Below the pieces are notes generated by a model that made no database searches, was not told the DNA's origin, and saw only the letters and a program-made list of their open reading frames with translations. This document shows, piece after piece, positions 17,391-28,263 of a stretch of 64,000 nt of DNA; within the stretch, counting starts at the first letter, position 1; each line of letters starts with the position of its first letter. Position numbers and translations under genes: made by a program. The DNA lies in the IMG/VR virus record IMGVR_UViG_3300025786_000100, one strand, 5' to 3'. Source of the DNA: an uncultured virus (IMG/VR IMGVR_UViG_3300025786_000100). Its lineage: Duplodnaviria > Heunggongvirae > Uroviricota > Caudoviricetes.

Positions 17391-19850
17391 TCAACTCCTG
17401 CCTGTGAGCTCGACCATCTCGGCCTCGACGGTGTGGCCAGCCCCCTTCACGGTCTCCGAGTAGGGGAAGGGCAACTCCTCCAGCGTCCAGGCCACGTCGA
17501 AGATGTCCCGCGGCCGCGCCTTGGGCTCGGGCCAGAAGGTGATCTGCCGCTGCTCGGCGAAGACCGCTTCGAGCGCGTCCTTGGTCGGCGTGTTCAGCCT
17601 TGAAATAACCCAGCGGCTTGCGTACTTGTGAACGCCCGCAAAAGAGATCAGCTTGCCGCCGAGGCTCTCGTAACTCCCGCCCAGGCGGATACGCCGGCGC
17701 GGCTCGTACTCGTCGAACTCGAGCAGGGCGAGCTGAACGATGCCCGCGTAGACCTCGCCGATCTTCTTCTTCTCGTTGGGCGTCTTGGTCGTGACACCGA
17801 CGAGCCGAAAGCCGTTAAAGAGCGTCGTGGGGAAGGTCAGAAGCTCGTCGTCGGATGTGATCTCGCCGTCGAAGAGCACGACCGGCCCGAGTTCCAGGCG
17901 CAGGCGCTTGAGGTTGGTGTTTCTCAGGAGGACGGCGTTGAAGTTCTTGAAGGCCCCGCCGCCTTCGGGGTTCTGGAAGAACACCTCGACGGCGACCTCG
18001 TTGCCATCGGTGCTGTCGGCGCTCTCATACTGCGTTTTAGCGTCGCTGTCTTTGAGCTTGTCGGTGTTGGGGGTGTCGGCCTCGCCCTCGGAGGTCTGGA
18101 TGGTGACGCGGCCGGGGCCGACCTCGTCGAGCGATAGAATCAGCGGCCTGTCGCCTTCGACCGCCTCGTCGGCCGTCGTGATATCGAAAGAGTTGAGCAG
18201 CGGCCCCGGGCTGGCCGCGATGAACTCAAGCTGGTACTCGATCAGTTTCTTGGCGGGCAGGTTCACCGTGCCGGTCTCGATATCGCCGTCGACCTCGGTG
18301 GGGATGGGTTCGCTAAACGCCGCTGCCTGAAGCTCGGCCTCGTCATCGCCGCCGCGCAGGCGGACGTTGATGGCGTCGCCGGCGGCGGGAAGCACCCGTT
18401 CCATGGTGAAACCTGTGACCTTCGTGGGCGAGCCGAAGCTACGCTTAAAACTCACCGATCCCGAGGGCGCTTCGATGAGATCGCCGCTAAAGCGCATCTC
18501 GGTGAACTTGTAGCGCGACTCGTAGACGCGCCGGGCGTGGCCGATGATGATGTGGAACTTGGCTCCGGCCGGGGCGCGCACGGGCGGACTGACGCTGGTC
18601 TGGAGGATCTGTTGGGCCGGATCGTTGTTCTTGAAGACCGTCATCTGGAGACCGCCCCCGGCTTGCGGGTCGATCTTGATGGTGTAGGGCACGCCCGCCG
18701 AGTTGCCGAAGGGCGAGTCGAAGAAGCCGCCCTGGCCGCTAAAGCCCACCCAGTCCTGCGCGGGCGGCGTGTACATGAGCTTGTTGCCGGCCGCATCCAC
18801 CACGATCGGCCGAAACGAGAGGTTCCCGCCCTCGGGGTCCGGGAATAGGTGCATCTCCGCGACTAGATTGTCGTCGTAGAACTGCTGGGACAGCGGCAGA
18901 TTGGCGATGCTCTCAGCCGCGTTGCCCTTGAGGATGGCGACGCTAAATAGGCCGCCGTGGTCGAGGCCGACGTGCGAGCCGGGGTTGAGCGGCTCCCAGC
19001 GCACCTGGGTCTGAAGCTCGAAGCCGTCGGCGTCTAGGTCGCAGACGGTTTCAAGAAACTGATCCGGCGATGGGCTCCCTACCACCGAGTCGGGATAGTC
19101 GAACTGGAGGCTGCCTCCGGTCTCGACCGCGGTGCGCGGATTGGGCTCGCCGCCGAGAAGCTCGAAATAGAAATCGAAGAAGGCGTTGAAATCCTCGGGG
19201 TCGTTCCAGATGCCGTTGGCGAAGGTCCAGGCCTTGCCGTCCGGGTACTGCGCGCCCGCGTCCTTCTCGGCGTACCAAGAGATCGTCCCGGAGGATACGT
19301 CGAAGTTGACGTGCTTGAGGACCACGGCGTACTTGACCCCCGCGGTCAGTTCCGGCTTGTCAGGAAACTCGAAGCGCGTGAAGACCTGGGCGGGCGGAAA
19401 CCCGAGGCCGAAGATGCTGCTCGCGGGGACGCTGTTTGCAACGGCGATGACCGTGCCGCTCGGCTGTTCCTCGCCTACAGGCCCGGTCGTGGTCTGAAGC
19501 TCGCAGGTGATCTCGCCGGCCGCGCCGCCGGGGTTGGACGATATGAGCATCGCGCCGAACCCGAAGAGCTGTCGGGTTGCTGCCACCGTGAAGGTCTGCG
19601 CCTTGAACAGGGTCGCGCCGCTCATCCCCGAGGCGACCGGATCGACGATGGGGGCGAAGGTGAAGAAGGGCGCGGCGATCTCGGGGACCGTGACCCACTT
19701 GGGGTCCTTGATGCCGTCGTCGAAGTCGTCGATTAAGTTCAAGGGGATGGTCCCGGTCAGCCGGATCGGGAGGCTGGTGAGGTCCAGGTCCTGGCTGCCG
19801 GCGTTGGCCTGGAAGGCGGCCGGGGTGTCCAATATCTGCTTGAGCGCCAT
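17391..19850 (-). CDS. Tail tip / receptor-binding structural protein
   Basis: Beta-rich 819 aa; distal tail module position. Confidence 0.7.
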   Translation of the reverse strand: MALKQILDTPAAFQANAGSQDLDLTSLPIRLTGTIPLNLIDDFDDGIKDPKWVTVPEIAAPFFTFAPIVDPVASGMSGATLFKAQTFTVAATRQLFGFGAMLISSNPGGAAGEITCELQTTTGPVGEEQPSGTVIAVANSVPASSIFGLGFPPAQVFTRFEFPDKPELTAGVKYAVVLKHVNFDVSSGTISWYAEKDAGAQYPDGKAWTFANGIWNDPEDFNAFFDFYFELLGGEPNPRTAVETGGSLQFDYPDSVVGSPSPDQFLETVCDLDADGFELQTQVRWEPLNPGSHVGLDHGGLFSVAILKGNAAESIANLPLSQQFYDDNLVAEMHLFPDPEGGNLSFRPIVVDAAGNKLMYTPPAQDWVGFSGQGGFFDSPFGNSAGVPYTIKIDPQAGGGLQMTVFKNNDPAQQILQTSVSPPVRAPAGAKFHIIIGHARRVYESRYKFTEMRFSGDLIEAPSGSVSFKRSFGSPTKVTGFTMERVLPAAGDAINVRLRGGDDEAELQAAAFSEPIPTEVDGDIETGTVNLPAKKLIEYQLEFIAASPGPLLNSFDITTADEAVEGDRPLILSLDEVGPGRVTIQTSEGEADTPNTDKLKDSDAKTQYESADSTDGNEVAVEVFFQNPEGGGAFKNFNAVLLRNTNLKRLRLELGPVVLFDGEITSDDELLTFPTTLFNGFRLVGVTTKTPNEKKKIGEVYAGIVQLALLEFDEYEPRRRIRLGGSYESLGGKLISFAGVHKYASRWVISRLNTPTKDALEAVFAEQRQITFWPEPKARPRDIFDVAWTLEELPFPYSETVKGAGHTVEAEMVELTGRS

Positions 19851-22606
19851 CAGATCTCCTGTAGCTCCAACTCGGTCTCAAAGCCCATGGGGTCTAGGGC
19901 CACGCCGATGACCCGAGCATCCAGCGAGGAAGGCCCGATCCTCCGCGGCTTGGCCACATCGTAGAGGGCGCGGTCGCCGAGCTCCACCTCGGGCATCCAG
20001 CGGACCCGAAGGGTCAGGCGGCGCTTGGGCTCCTTGTGGCGCGGGAAGTAGCGCTTGGCCATGGCCGTGGCCAGGTCCACGTCGCGCTGAAACAGGAGAT
20101 TGCCGCCGCCTACGGGCAGGCTCCGCGTGCCGAAGCGCCGCTCGGAGGTGGGCGCGGGGTCGCCCTCGCTCGCCGAGTCGGCGATCTTTCGGAAGTCGCC
20201 GAACTCGGCCTTGATGCTGTTGAATACCCGGTCCCAGCCCTCGTTAAAGTCCAGTACCTCGAGGACGTTTTCATCATCCAGTGTGATCTCGGGCGTCGGC
20301 GAGACGCTTTTGTCGCGGTAGAAGAACGCCCCCGAGCCGTTGACGCCGATCTCAGAGTCCGAGATGCGGGCTACTTCCTCAACGACCGAGAGTGCCGAGC
20401 GACCGCGGCCGAGGTTGGCCAGCGTGATGAGGATCGTGGTCGTCGTCAGGCGGATGATGCCTTCCCGAAAGAGCGGGTAGTTCGCCCCTGCCGTGTTCAT
20501 GAGGATGATGAAGGACATGAAGCGCGGGATGCCAAAGCCCGAGGTCTGCTGGAAGTCGTCTGAGACGATAGTGTCGCCCATGCCGAGCGCCTGGTGGAAG
20601 CTGTTTAAGAAGGGGATGCCTGCGGGGTTGTGGCTCGCCGTGAAGACCTGCACGCCGCCGTCGTTGGCGTCGAATACCGTCTGCCAAGTGTCCCAAGAGC
20701 CCAGGCCGTCGCCGCCGTCTACGATCACATGCGACAGGCTCGGGAAGGCCAGGCGGATCAGGGCGCTCGGGAGGGTATCGCTGCCGCCGCGAAACTCGAC
20801 GCGCAGGCGCACCACATCGGGCTGGTCGGTGTTCGTCCAGTCGCCAACGTCGCCGCCGTTGGGGATCTCGACCTCGGGCGTGAACGTGAAGCCGCCGTCC
20901 TCGCTATGGCTCCAGAAGTAGCGGGCGTTTCGCGGCGCGCCCTGGAACTCGGCGAAGAAGGGTCCCAAGGTCGTGATGAGGCCGAAGGTGGTCAGTCCCG
21001 AGAGGTGCGGGCGCATGTCGCGCTGGAAGGTCAACGAGGCCAGCGGCGGCTGGGTGCCGTCGGCGTAGCGCATGAAGTCCAGCTCCAAGACCTCGTTGCC
21101 ACTGACCTGAAACTGGACCGTGTTGCCGCCTGTGAAAGGCGTAGGTTCCCCGAGGGTCCGGGTCGCCACTTGCACGCCGTCGATCAAGAGCCGGGCGAGG
21201 TTCGCGGCCGTGTCGATCACCACCTCGAAGACGTGGAAAGCGGTCAGGTTCACGGTGATGTTCCCGGTGCTGCCGCTGCTGTGCAGGCGCACCTGGTTTA
21301 TGTTCACGAACTCAAGGACGGCTCCCGCCCCGGCCGCGTTGGTGCCGCCGTAGAAGCAGGAGCCATTGATGCTTGCGAACTTGATCCGGATGGACATGTA
21401 GCGGTCCGGCGTCGCGCCCGCCTTCTGGCCGAAGATGAAGTAGTCCGCCCCGCCGTTATGCGTCAGCTTCAGCAGGCTGTCCTCTACGACGCGCACATCG
21501 CCGCCGGGAAGGAACTCTTGCCAGTCCTTGGGGAGGATCGGTCGTCCCTCGACCGTGTTGTGCTCAAGGTCCGGCACGTCGTCGCCTTCGTACTGGATGA
21601 TGTACTGCGGGTGAACGGCGTCCTTGACGCGCAGGAAGTTGACGCCCGACTGGTTCTGGGTGGCCTGGAAATCGGCGGTGGTCTCAAACGGCAGGAGCGT
21701 CAAGGACGCATCGTTTTGCGGCGGCGGGTCCTCGGGTACGACCGTCGCGTGCAGGCGGATGTACTCCAAGAAATCGCCCTCGGTCGTATGGACGATCTCG
21801 CGCTGGGGCGGCGGGTCGAAGACGACGGGGTCGATCTGCGCGACCGGAACGTCCGGGACGGTGGCCAGAAGGTCGGCGACCACCTGCTCGAGTCGCTGGT
21901 CGCGCTTCCATGTGCGGTAATCGGCGCGGACCTCTACGCCCAGATCGGGTTGAGACGACTCGAACGAGACCTTGGCCGGGGCGTTGGGATCGTCCAACTG
22001 ACCGACGGACCAGCGCAGACCCGGCCGCAGCGACTCACCGCCGAGGCGGAGGTCTATGACCTCGCCCACGCCCGTATCGGGGGTGAAGAACTCGGACTGG
22101 ACATTATCGCCTATGCCGAGCAGGGCGTTTGGGACCAGCACGCCCGCCTTGTCGGCGTCTGTGGTCTCGATGGCGGCCAGGGCGCTATAGACATCGAGCC
22201 GCCGCGAGCTGTCCTTAGAGGCTTCGCCGGTGTCCTCGATCTGGCCGGTGAAGCGGTCGAAGATCTCGGGTAGCCCGCCGATCTTGAGTCCCAGCCTCAC
22301 GACGATCCGGGAGCGGAAGAGCAGGAAGCCGCCGGGGCCGTTGGGAAACCGCGTCGACCCCTGCTCCCAAGACTTCTGGGAGTTGTCCACGGTGATGCTG
22401 ATGTTCGAGGTCTTGAACTCGCCCAGGTCCTCGGTATCGAGCTTGTCCGAGAGGCGGTCCAGGAACAGAACTTCGTCTGTGACATCGATCGGTGCTGCCT
22501 CAAAGCCCGAACCATCGCCGAGCCTTCTAAAGAGCAGCACCTGTCGCGCGGGCTTAAACTCATGCGAGCGCTGGACGGCCTGATAGGCGGGCGAGGTGCC
22601 GATCAT
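19850..22606 (-). CDS. Tail tip / hub protein
   Basis: Directly after TMP; hub-like termini (VELGDRALY) with beta-rich inserts. Confidence 0.7.
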   Translation of the reverse strand: MIGTSPAYQAVQRSHEFKPARQVLLFRRLGDGSGFEAAPIDVTDEVLFLDRLSDKLDTEDLGEFKTSNISITVDNSQKSWEQGSTRFPNGPGGFLLFRSRIVVRLGLKIGGLPEIFDRFTGQIEDTGEASKDSSRRLDVYSALAAIETTDADKAGVLVPNALLGIGDNVQSEFFTPDTGVGEVIDLRLGGESLRPGLRWSVGQLDDPNAPAKVSFESSQPDLGVEVRADYRTWKRDQRLEQVVADLLATVPDVPVAQIDPVVFDPPPQREIVHTTEGDFLEYIRLHATVVPEDPPPQNDASLTLLPFETTADFQATQNQSGVNFLRVKDAVHPQYIIQYEGDDVPDLEHNTVEGRPILPKDWQEFLPGGDVRVVEDSLLKLTHNGGADYFIFGQKAGATPDRYMSIRIKFASINGSCFYGGTNAAGAGAVLEFVNINQVRLHSSGSTGNITVNLTAFHVFEVVIDTAANLARLLIDGVQVATRTLGEPTPFTGGNTVQFQVSGNEVLELDFMRYADGTQPPLASLTFQRDMRPHLSGLTTFGLITTLGPFFAEFQGAPRNARYFWSHSEDGGFTFTPEVEIPNGGDVGDWTNTDQPDVVRLRVEFRGGSDTLPSALIRLAFPSLSHVIVDGGDGLGSWDTWQTVFDANDGGVQVFTASHNPAGIPFLNSFHQALGMGDTIVSDDFQQTSGFGIPRFMSFIILMNTAGANYPLFREGIIRLTTTTILITLANLGRGRSALSVVEEVARISDSEIGVNGSGAFFYRDKSVSPTPEITLDDENVLEVLDFNEGWDRVFNSIKAEFGDFRKIADSASEGDPAPTSERRFGTRSLPVGGGNLLFQRDVDLATAMAKRYFPRHKEPKRRLTLRVRWMPEVELGDRALYDVAKPRRIGPSSLDARVIGVALDPMGFETELELQEI

Positions 22607-24606
22607 ACCGATAGCCCCGACACCTTGCCCTGGCGGGCCAGGATGGACTTGACCAACTCAGCGCCCTCGGCCGCGCCGGCCCGAGTAAAAAGCGAGATGC
22701 GCCGCATGATCTGGCGTACCTCTTCGTCGCCCATGCCCGAGGCGGTGAAGTGATTGGTCTGCTGGACCGTAACGCTGACGCCGCCCGCGCCGCCGGCCGC
22801 GCCTCGCAGGATGGAGCCCAGGCGGCTTAAGGGGATCACGGCTTCAGGTTCCTTCTCGGCGATGCCCGCTATGACGGGCTTGGTGGCGATGCCCCCGTGC
22901 TGCAAGCCGCCGAAGATCGCGCCGATGATTCCACCGCCTCCGCCATCCGCCGCGCCTCCCGAAGCGGCCCCGACCGCGGCGCGGGTGATCGCAGCCTGGA
23001 TCGCGATCTTGATGAGTTGCTCGATGGCGGTACGGGCCACCTGCTTCATCACTTGCTCGAAGTCGATCTGGAGCTTCTTGTTCTCGACGATGCTGTCGGC
23101 CACCGACTTGGCGAAGGCGTCCGAGATCGTATTGGCCGCCCCGACCGCCACTTCCTCGATCTGCTTGCCGATCACGTTGAACTCTTCGAGCGCTTCCTGC
23201 TCGGCTAAGGCCGCGTTTTGAAGCACGAGCAGGCGGGCGGCGTTGATCTTATCTTCAAGCTCGGGGGCCTTCTCGGCGATCTCGTTTAAGGCGGCTAGCC
23301 GATCGTCGCGCTCCGTCTTAATCCTAAAGCGCGCGGCCTCCAGGGCCTGCCCCGAGAGCTCAAGCTCTTCTTGTTGCAGGGACTGGAGGCTATCGCGCAG
23401 GGACGTTGTGGCCTCCAGGCGTTCCTTGTTTCGATCCTTGATCTCCTTGGTGATGTCGCGCGTAATCTTGACCTGCTGGTCGCCCGCGAATCGGATGGCT
23501 TGGACCTGGTCCTTGCCGCCCTTGTCGAGAATCTTCGTGACGTCGTCTGAGAACTCGCTCCAGATGGTCTTGGACTTGTCGGTGAACTCGCGCGTGCGCT
23601 CGGCGATGCTGCCGGCGGCGCGGTTGGCGGCGTCCTTGGCCCCCTGCATGTTGCCGGTGACGATGCTCCTGATCGCCTCGAAGGTCCCCTTGAAGATGTC
23701 CTTAAGCGTCCCAAACCGAAGCTCGAACACGGCGACCATCTCGGCGGCGACGGCGGCGAGGCCGGTCCCCAGGAGCCGGAATTGCTGGAAGGTAAAGCGC
23801 GCGACCGAGACGAGCGGGCGCAGGGCGGGGATCAGGCCCTCGCCGATCTCCTGCTTGAAATCGTCGAGGTCGTTTAGGCCCCGGACCAACTCGCCTGAGA
23901 ACGTCCGCTGAAGCTCGGCGGCCGTTCCCTTGAACTTCTCGCCCAAGAGCCGGGTCGCCTCGCCGGCGGCGAGCTGCTCCTTGGTGAGCTTCTTGATCTC
24001 GGGGGCGAAGTTGCCCACATCGGCGGCCGAGCCCTGTATGGCGCGACCAAGCCGACGGATCGCTTCGGTCACGTTGATGTCGGCGGCCACGGCGAAGTCG
24101 ATGGCGGTCTCGGTCAACTCGACTGCCTGCTGGGAGGTGTTCGCGTAGCCGCGCGCCAAGGCGAACAGCGAGAGGACCTGGTCGTCGGCGGTACCGGTGG
24201 TCTCTTGCAGGGTCCGAGCCCAGGCCTGTACGTCCTGGGACGCCCGCGCCGAGAAATCCCCATGCTGCTGGAGGACCTTGTTGAGCCGGAAGACGGCCTT
24301 CTCTTCCTCCGCCGCCGCGGTGACGCTCGACTTAAAGAAGGCCGTAATCGCCGCCGCGCCTACCAAGGCGACCAACTGGGACTTGAGCTGTTGGGCCGCG
24401 CCCGATAGCCCGGTGAAGGAATCCTTGGCCTGCTTAGCCTTGGGTGGGAGCTTGGATAGCGCGGCATCGACCTTGGTGGTCGATTTTTCTATGACCCCCG
24501 CGAAGCGGTCGGATTTCTGGGCGGCGGCAAGCAGCTGCTTGGAAAGCCGCTGGATGACCGGCGATGCCTCATCGACCGCCCCGAAGAGTATCTCGATTCC
24601 CGCCAC
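22603..24606 (-). CDS. Tail tape measure protein
   Basis: Ala-rich helical; AVDEASPVI N-terminus; HGGI..AEKEPEAVIPL C-terminal motif. Confidence 0.9.
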   Translation of the reverse strand: MAGIEILFGAVDEASPVIQRLSKQLLAAAQKSDRFAGVIEKSTTKVDAALSKLPPKAKQAKDSFTGLSGAAQQLKSQLVALVGAAAITAFFKSSVTAAAEEEKAVFRLNKVLQQHGDFSARASQDVQAWARTLQETTGTADDQVLSLFALARGYANTSQQAVELTETAIDFAVAADINVTEAIRRLGRAIQGSAADVGNFAPEIKKLTKEQLAAGEATRLLGEKFKGTAAELQRTFSGELVRGLNDLDDFKQEIGEGLIPALRPLVSVARFTFQQFRLLGTGLAAVAAEMVAVFELRFGTLKDIFKGTFEAIRSIVTGNMQGAKDAANRAAGSIAERTREFTDKSKTIWSEFSDDVTKILDKGGKDQVQAIRFAGDQQVKITRDITKEIKDRNKERLEATTSLRDSLQSLQQEELELSGQALEAARFRIKTERDDRLAALNEIAEKAPELEDKINAARLLVLQNAALAEQEALEEFNVIGKQIEEVAVGAANTISDAFAKSVADSIVENKKLQIDFEQVMKQVARTAIEQLIKIAIQAAITRAAVGAASGGAADGGGGGIIGAIFGGLQHGGIATKPVIAGIAEKEPEAVIPLSRLGSILRGAAGGAGGVSVTVQQTNHFTASGMGDEEVRQIMRRISLFTRAGAAEGAELVKSILARQGKVSGLSV

Positions 24607-24615
24607 ATCACTCTC

Positions 24616-24987
24616 CTACGCCATAGAGTGCTTGGCGATCGCCAGGTAGAGTTCGATCGCCAGCTCATAGTCGACGAGCAGGGTGTCGGCGCAGATGCTG
24701 CCGTCGTTCTCCATGCCCTCCGAGGGCACCACCTTGGGGTGGACCATCCCGGTGATGAGGACCCGGCGCAGGCGGGCGTAGGAGGGGCTGCCCATGATGT
24801 CGCGCAGGCGGTCTTTCAATCGCTCGCCGTCCTCGCGGGCGAGCCGCCACATCTCGTCGGGATCATCCACGAAGAGCATCAGCGAGACCGGCTGGACCCG
24901 GTACTGCTTGCCCCGCACCTCGACCGGGACGGACTTGCGCAGTTCCTCGCGCAGCTGCTTGGCGTCTACGAGTTCGCTTTGCATCAC
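24616..24987 (-). CDS. Tail assembly chaperone
   Basis: Position between tube and TMP. Confidence 0.65.
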   Translation of the reverse strand: MMQSELVDAKQLREELRKSVPVEVRGKQYRVQPVSLMLFVDDPDEMWRLAREDGERLKDRLRDIMGSPSYARLRRVLITGMVHPKVVPSEGMENDGSICADTLLVDYELAIELYLAIAKHSMA

Positions 24988-25946
24988 AGACTCCCCACCG
25001 CGTTGATGAGCGTCGCCTCGATGTCCTTGCCCAGGCCGAGGTCCTGCTCGACCGCGTAGGTCACGGCCGCGCCCAGGAGGTCGTCGAGGTTGCCCAAGGG
25101 GAAGGCCGTGTAGCGCACGCCCGGCAGCGCGAGCTTGAGCTGGTTGTCGAAGCCCGCCTCGATGTTCTCACCCGTGAGGATGATCTCCAGCGCGGCGGCC
25201 TGGTTGGCCAGGAACTTCTGGCGCTGGGCGTCCGTCTCGAAGTAAATCTCAAAGCCCCCTTCGATGATGAACTTGCCCTTGGCGATGATGTCCCGCGGGT
25301 CCTGGGAGAGGCTCAAGGTCCTTAAGCCCTCGACGTTGTTGTCGATGTCGAGGCTCCAGGAGCGGACGTTTAAGTCGCTGATCCCATCGATCCGGAAGTC
25401 CGTCTTGAAGAACATGAGCGGCTTGGGCGCGCCGAAGCTCGGCGTGAAACCGGCCGCGTCCTCCTCCTTCTTGGCGACGACGTCGGCCGAGACCGTCGCC
25501 TTGCCGTCCACGGCCCCGGCGAAGGAGAGCTTCTTGAAGGTCCCGAGCGGGTACTTCTTGGTGTGAAGCCCTCGCGCGAGGAACATCGTGTAGGACGGAA
25601 GCTGCACCGAATCCGAGCGCGTGAAGACATGCTGGAACACGCTGGGCGCGCCGCCGGCATCCGGCTGGGTCGTGGCCACGCCGCCCAGGCAGCCGAGCAA
25701 GAGATCCCCGATCGTTCCCGCTTCCACGTCGATGTCGGGGATAGTCCCCGCCGCGGCCTTGGGACCGGGGGCTGAGGGGAAGCGCGCCTTGCTGCCCCGG
25801 ACCTTCTCATCAGGGATCGGCGTCTGGGTGTAGTCGATATTGGCGTCGGCCCCGACCGCCAGGAACTTATCCGGCGCGGCTTCGGCCACGCCGCGGCTGC
25901 CCTCTTTTTTGAAGCCGAACGACTTCTGCTCGGTTGCAAATACCAT
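24984..25946 (-). CDS. Major tail tube protein
   Basis: FGFKKE..GV, LPSYT, SLDIDNN, position. Confidence 0.85.
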   Translation of the reverse strand: MVFATEQKSFGFKKEGSRGVAEAAPDKFLAVGADANIDYTQTPIPDEKVRGSKARFPSAPGPKAAAGTIPDIDVEAGTIGDLLLGCLGGVATTQPDAGGAPSVFQHVFTRSDSVQLPSYTMFLARGLHTKKYPLGTFKKLSFAGAVDGKATVSADVVAKKEEDAAGFTPSFGAPKPLMFFKTDFRIDGISDLNVRSWSLDIDNNVEGLRTLSLSQDPRDIIAKGKFIIEGGFEIYFETDAQRQKFLANQAAALEIILTGENIEAGFDNQLKLALPGVRYTAFPLGNLDDLLGAAVTYAVEQDLGLGKDIEATLINAVGSL

Positions 25947-25956
25947 GTGCTGCCTC

Positions 25957-26448
25957 CTATTTTCTGCTCGTAGTCGAGACCGTGAATACCATGGCCGTAG
26001 CCGTCGCGTCCGCGTTGACCGTCGCGACCAGGTTGTCCTCGGGCGGCTCCCACTCGATGGACTGAAGCGTCGAGAACAAAATCTGCCCGTTGGGGATCGT
26101 CAGGCCGCCTAAGTCCACGTTGTCGATGAGGACCTCTGCGATCTTCTGCGTGTCGGCCACCTTCGCCTTGACGATCTCCTCGTCGGCGGCGAAGGGTTTG
26201 ACGAAAACGATGCGGAAGCTGTAGGTGACGCGGTACGTCTGTCCCGTCGTGATCCGCTCAAGCGCGGTCGAGGGGGCGGGCTTGACGAACACGGCGGGGA
26301 TCGCGTCGCCCAACTGATCGAGGGCCGGGTAGAGCTCCAGCGCGCCGAGCGTGACGACCTTAAGCCCGAGCGTCCCCTCCAGATTGCTCCGGATGATGTC
26401 GATGATCCGATCCGCGATGACGTTCTCGTGGAGCCTCGGCGCGGGCAT
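25957..26448 (-). CDS. Tail terminator protein
   Basis: Position before tube; PAVFV. Confidence 0.65.
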   Translation of the reverse strand: MPAPRLHENVIADRIIDIIRSNLEGTLGLKVVTLGALELYPALDQLGDAIPAVFVKPAPSTALERITTGQTYRVTYSFRIVFVKPFAADEEIVKAKVADTQKIAEVLIDNVDLGGLTIPNGQILFSTLQSIEWEPPEDNLVATVNADATATAMVFTVSTTSRK

Positions 26449-26954
26449 CAGGCTTTGCCTCCCTCAGCTTGGATGGCCTGGGTCACGCGCTGCTCGATGA
26501 TCTGCTTGATGCGCGGCGCGATCTCCCGCGAGGCGAGCGTCAGGTAGGGCTGCTTCCTAAAACCTCGTCGCTGGATCGCCCGGCCGATGATGAAGGGAAG
26601 GTTCCAGCGCTTGCCGCCCACATCGACGGTCTCTGCGCCGATCTTGCGCCGCGCCCAGGTCCTGAGTTCCGAGACATTCGGGAACCAGCCTTTCTCCCGG
26701 CCGAACTCGACGACCGGCGCGTAGACGAGCGCCGAGCCCACACGGCCGACGATGCGCCCTTCCTCGACCTGGACGTTCCAGAGGATGGACTCCCGCAAGA
26801 GTCCGCGAAACACCGGCGCGTTGACCTTGGCCTTGCTCCACAACTGGATGGCCACATCCTGCAGGCCCTTAAATAACGCGGTGCGCAGGCGGGCGTTTAC
26901 GCGCGTGAGGAACTTCTGCGTGTCCTCCTGGCCCCTGATCGTCACCCGGATCAT
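26448..26954 (-). CDS. HK97 gp10-like tail completion protein
   Basis: APV.RG.LRESI, YAPVVEFG, QPYL. Confidence 0.85.
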   Translation of the reverse strand: MIRVTIRGQEDTQKFLTRVNARLRTALFKGLQDVAIQLWSKAKVNAPVFRGLLRESILWNVQVEEGRIVGRVGSALVYAPVVEFGREKGWFPNVSELRTWARRKIGAETVDVGGKRWNLPFIIGRAIQRRGFRKQPYLTLASREIAPRIKQIIEQRVTQAIQAEGGKA

Positions 26955-27292
26955 GGCTTTTCCTCCACGACCGCCTCGAGGTGATGGCCGAACATATCCA
27001 GGACCTCGGTGACGATGAAGAGCTTGCCGTTCGTTTCGCGCAGGACGTGGTAGTTCTCCTGGAGGTCGAAGGTCCCCGGACCCGGCAGGTTCAAGAAGAG
27101 GCGGAAAGCCTTCTTGGGGGTCTGGCCCGTGACCAGGCGGTTGAGAGCCACGCTGATCGGGTCAAAGCGCGCGGGAACGCCCGCGGCGACCTGGTCATGC
27201 CGGAAGGTGGGCCGCTTGGTGCCCGAGCCCACATTGCTGTGGACGGGCTTGCGCAGCGTGATGCGGTCGGGCAGAAGGCGCTCGGGAATCAT
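26951..27292 (-). CDS. Head closure protein
   Basis: Position; C-terminal HHLE motif. Confidence 0.7.
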   Translation of the reverse strand: MIPERLLPDRITLRKPVHSNVGSGTKRPTFRHDQVAAGVPARFDPISVALNRLVTGQTPKKAFRLFLNLPGPGTFDLQENYHVLRETNGKLFIVTEVLDMFGHHLEAVVEEKP

Positions 27293-27900
27293 ACGAAGCC
27301 GATGTCCCTCCTAAAGCCCAGGGCGCTCCACGCCCGGTCGAGTTCGTCGTCGATGCGCTTAAAGGACCGGCTCACCGAGAAATTCCCGATCCGCTCGTTA
27401 TCGACCGTGGGGCCATGCTTGGCCTGGAGCGCGGTCTTGGCCACGAGCAAGGTCGCCAGCTTCTGGACGACCGGCGGCGTCGCGCGGAAGCCGAAAAGGT
27501 AGCGGACCTCGATGTTCTCAAAGCCCTCGGGCCAGGGGCGGCCGTCTTTTCGCAGCAGGCTGCCGGTGCGCAGGTTGGCCTTGACCTTCTTGAGCCTACC
27601 CGCCACGGGAGCGTCGAAGAGAACGCCGTCGATCTCGATGGCGAGGATCTCCAGTACCGGGAAGCAGGTGAGGAAGAGGATGTCGAGGCCGGTTCCGTCG
27701 AGCCGGTCGGTGCGCTCGGCCGCACGAAAACACATTCCCGTGTGCCGGTCGATCTCATCGCGCGCCTGTTGAATCCACTCGGGCAGAACATCGGAGCTTT
27801 CGACCAGGCCGCCGGTATAGCTGCTGACCAAGAACGCATTCGTGTAGACCGTCGGCAGCGTGGCGATGACGCCGCTAAAGCGCGAGAGGAGCGTCGCCAT
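27289..27900 (-). CDS. Head-tail adaptor
   Basis: IDRHTG, WPEG..NIEVRY..G, ERIGNFSVS. Confidence 0.75.
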   Translation of the reverse strand: MATLLSRFSGVIATLPTVYTNAFLVSSYTGGLVESSDVLPEWIQQARDEIDRHTGMCFRAAERTDRLDGTGLDILFLTCFPVLEILAIEIDGVLFDAPVAGRLKKVKANLRTGSLLRKDGRPWPEGFENIEVRYLFGFRATPPVVQKLATLLVAKTALQAKHGPTVDNERIGNFSVSRSFKRIDDELDRAWSALGFRRDIGFV

Positions 27901-28250
27901 CAGCCGCCTCCCGTGATCCGGCGGTCGTACTCGTTGAGCTTGGCCTGGAAGCGCCGGGAGAGGTCATCCAGCGCCTCGGCGTGCGCCTTGCGGATGGCCG
28001 CGAGGTGCGCCTCGCCCACGGAGGCGATCACGAAGAAGCGCTCGGCCGCGGCAAGCGCCTCCTTGAGCTGGCGGTACTGGCCCCGCAGGTTGTGGACGAA
28101 GCGGTCCCGCTTTACCTGCGCCTTCGACCTCGGCCGGTTGGGCCAGGCGAATACCTTGGCGTGGGGGTACCCGCCGCTCTCGACCTGTACGACCACGGGC
28201 ACCCCCGCCTCGGGGGTTTCGGGCCGCTCATCGTTTTCGTCGGAACCCAT
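27900..28250 (-). CDS. Hypothetical protein
   Basis: Operonic ORF with TGATG coupling. Confidence 0.6.
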   Translation of the reverse strand: MGSDENDERPETPEAGVPVVVQVESGGYPHAKVFAWPNRPRSKAQVKRDRFVHNLRGQYRQLKEALAAAERFFVIASVGEAHLAAIRKAHAEALDDLSRRFQAKLNEYDRRITGGG

Positions 28251-28263
28251 GGGCGCTCACCTA

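Noticed and set aside
24606..24987. Programmed frameshift in the tail chaperone
   Set aside because: No slippery site seen, and only 9 nt separate the chaperone stop from the TMP start
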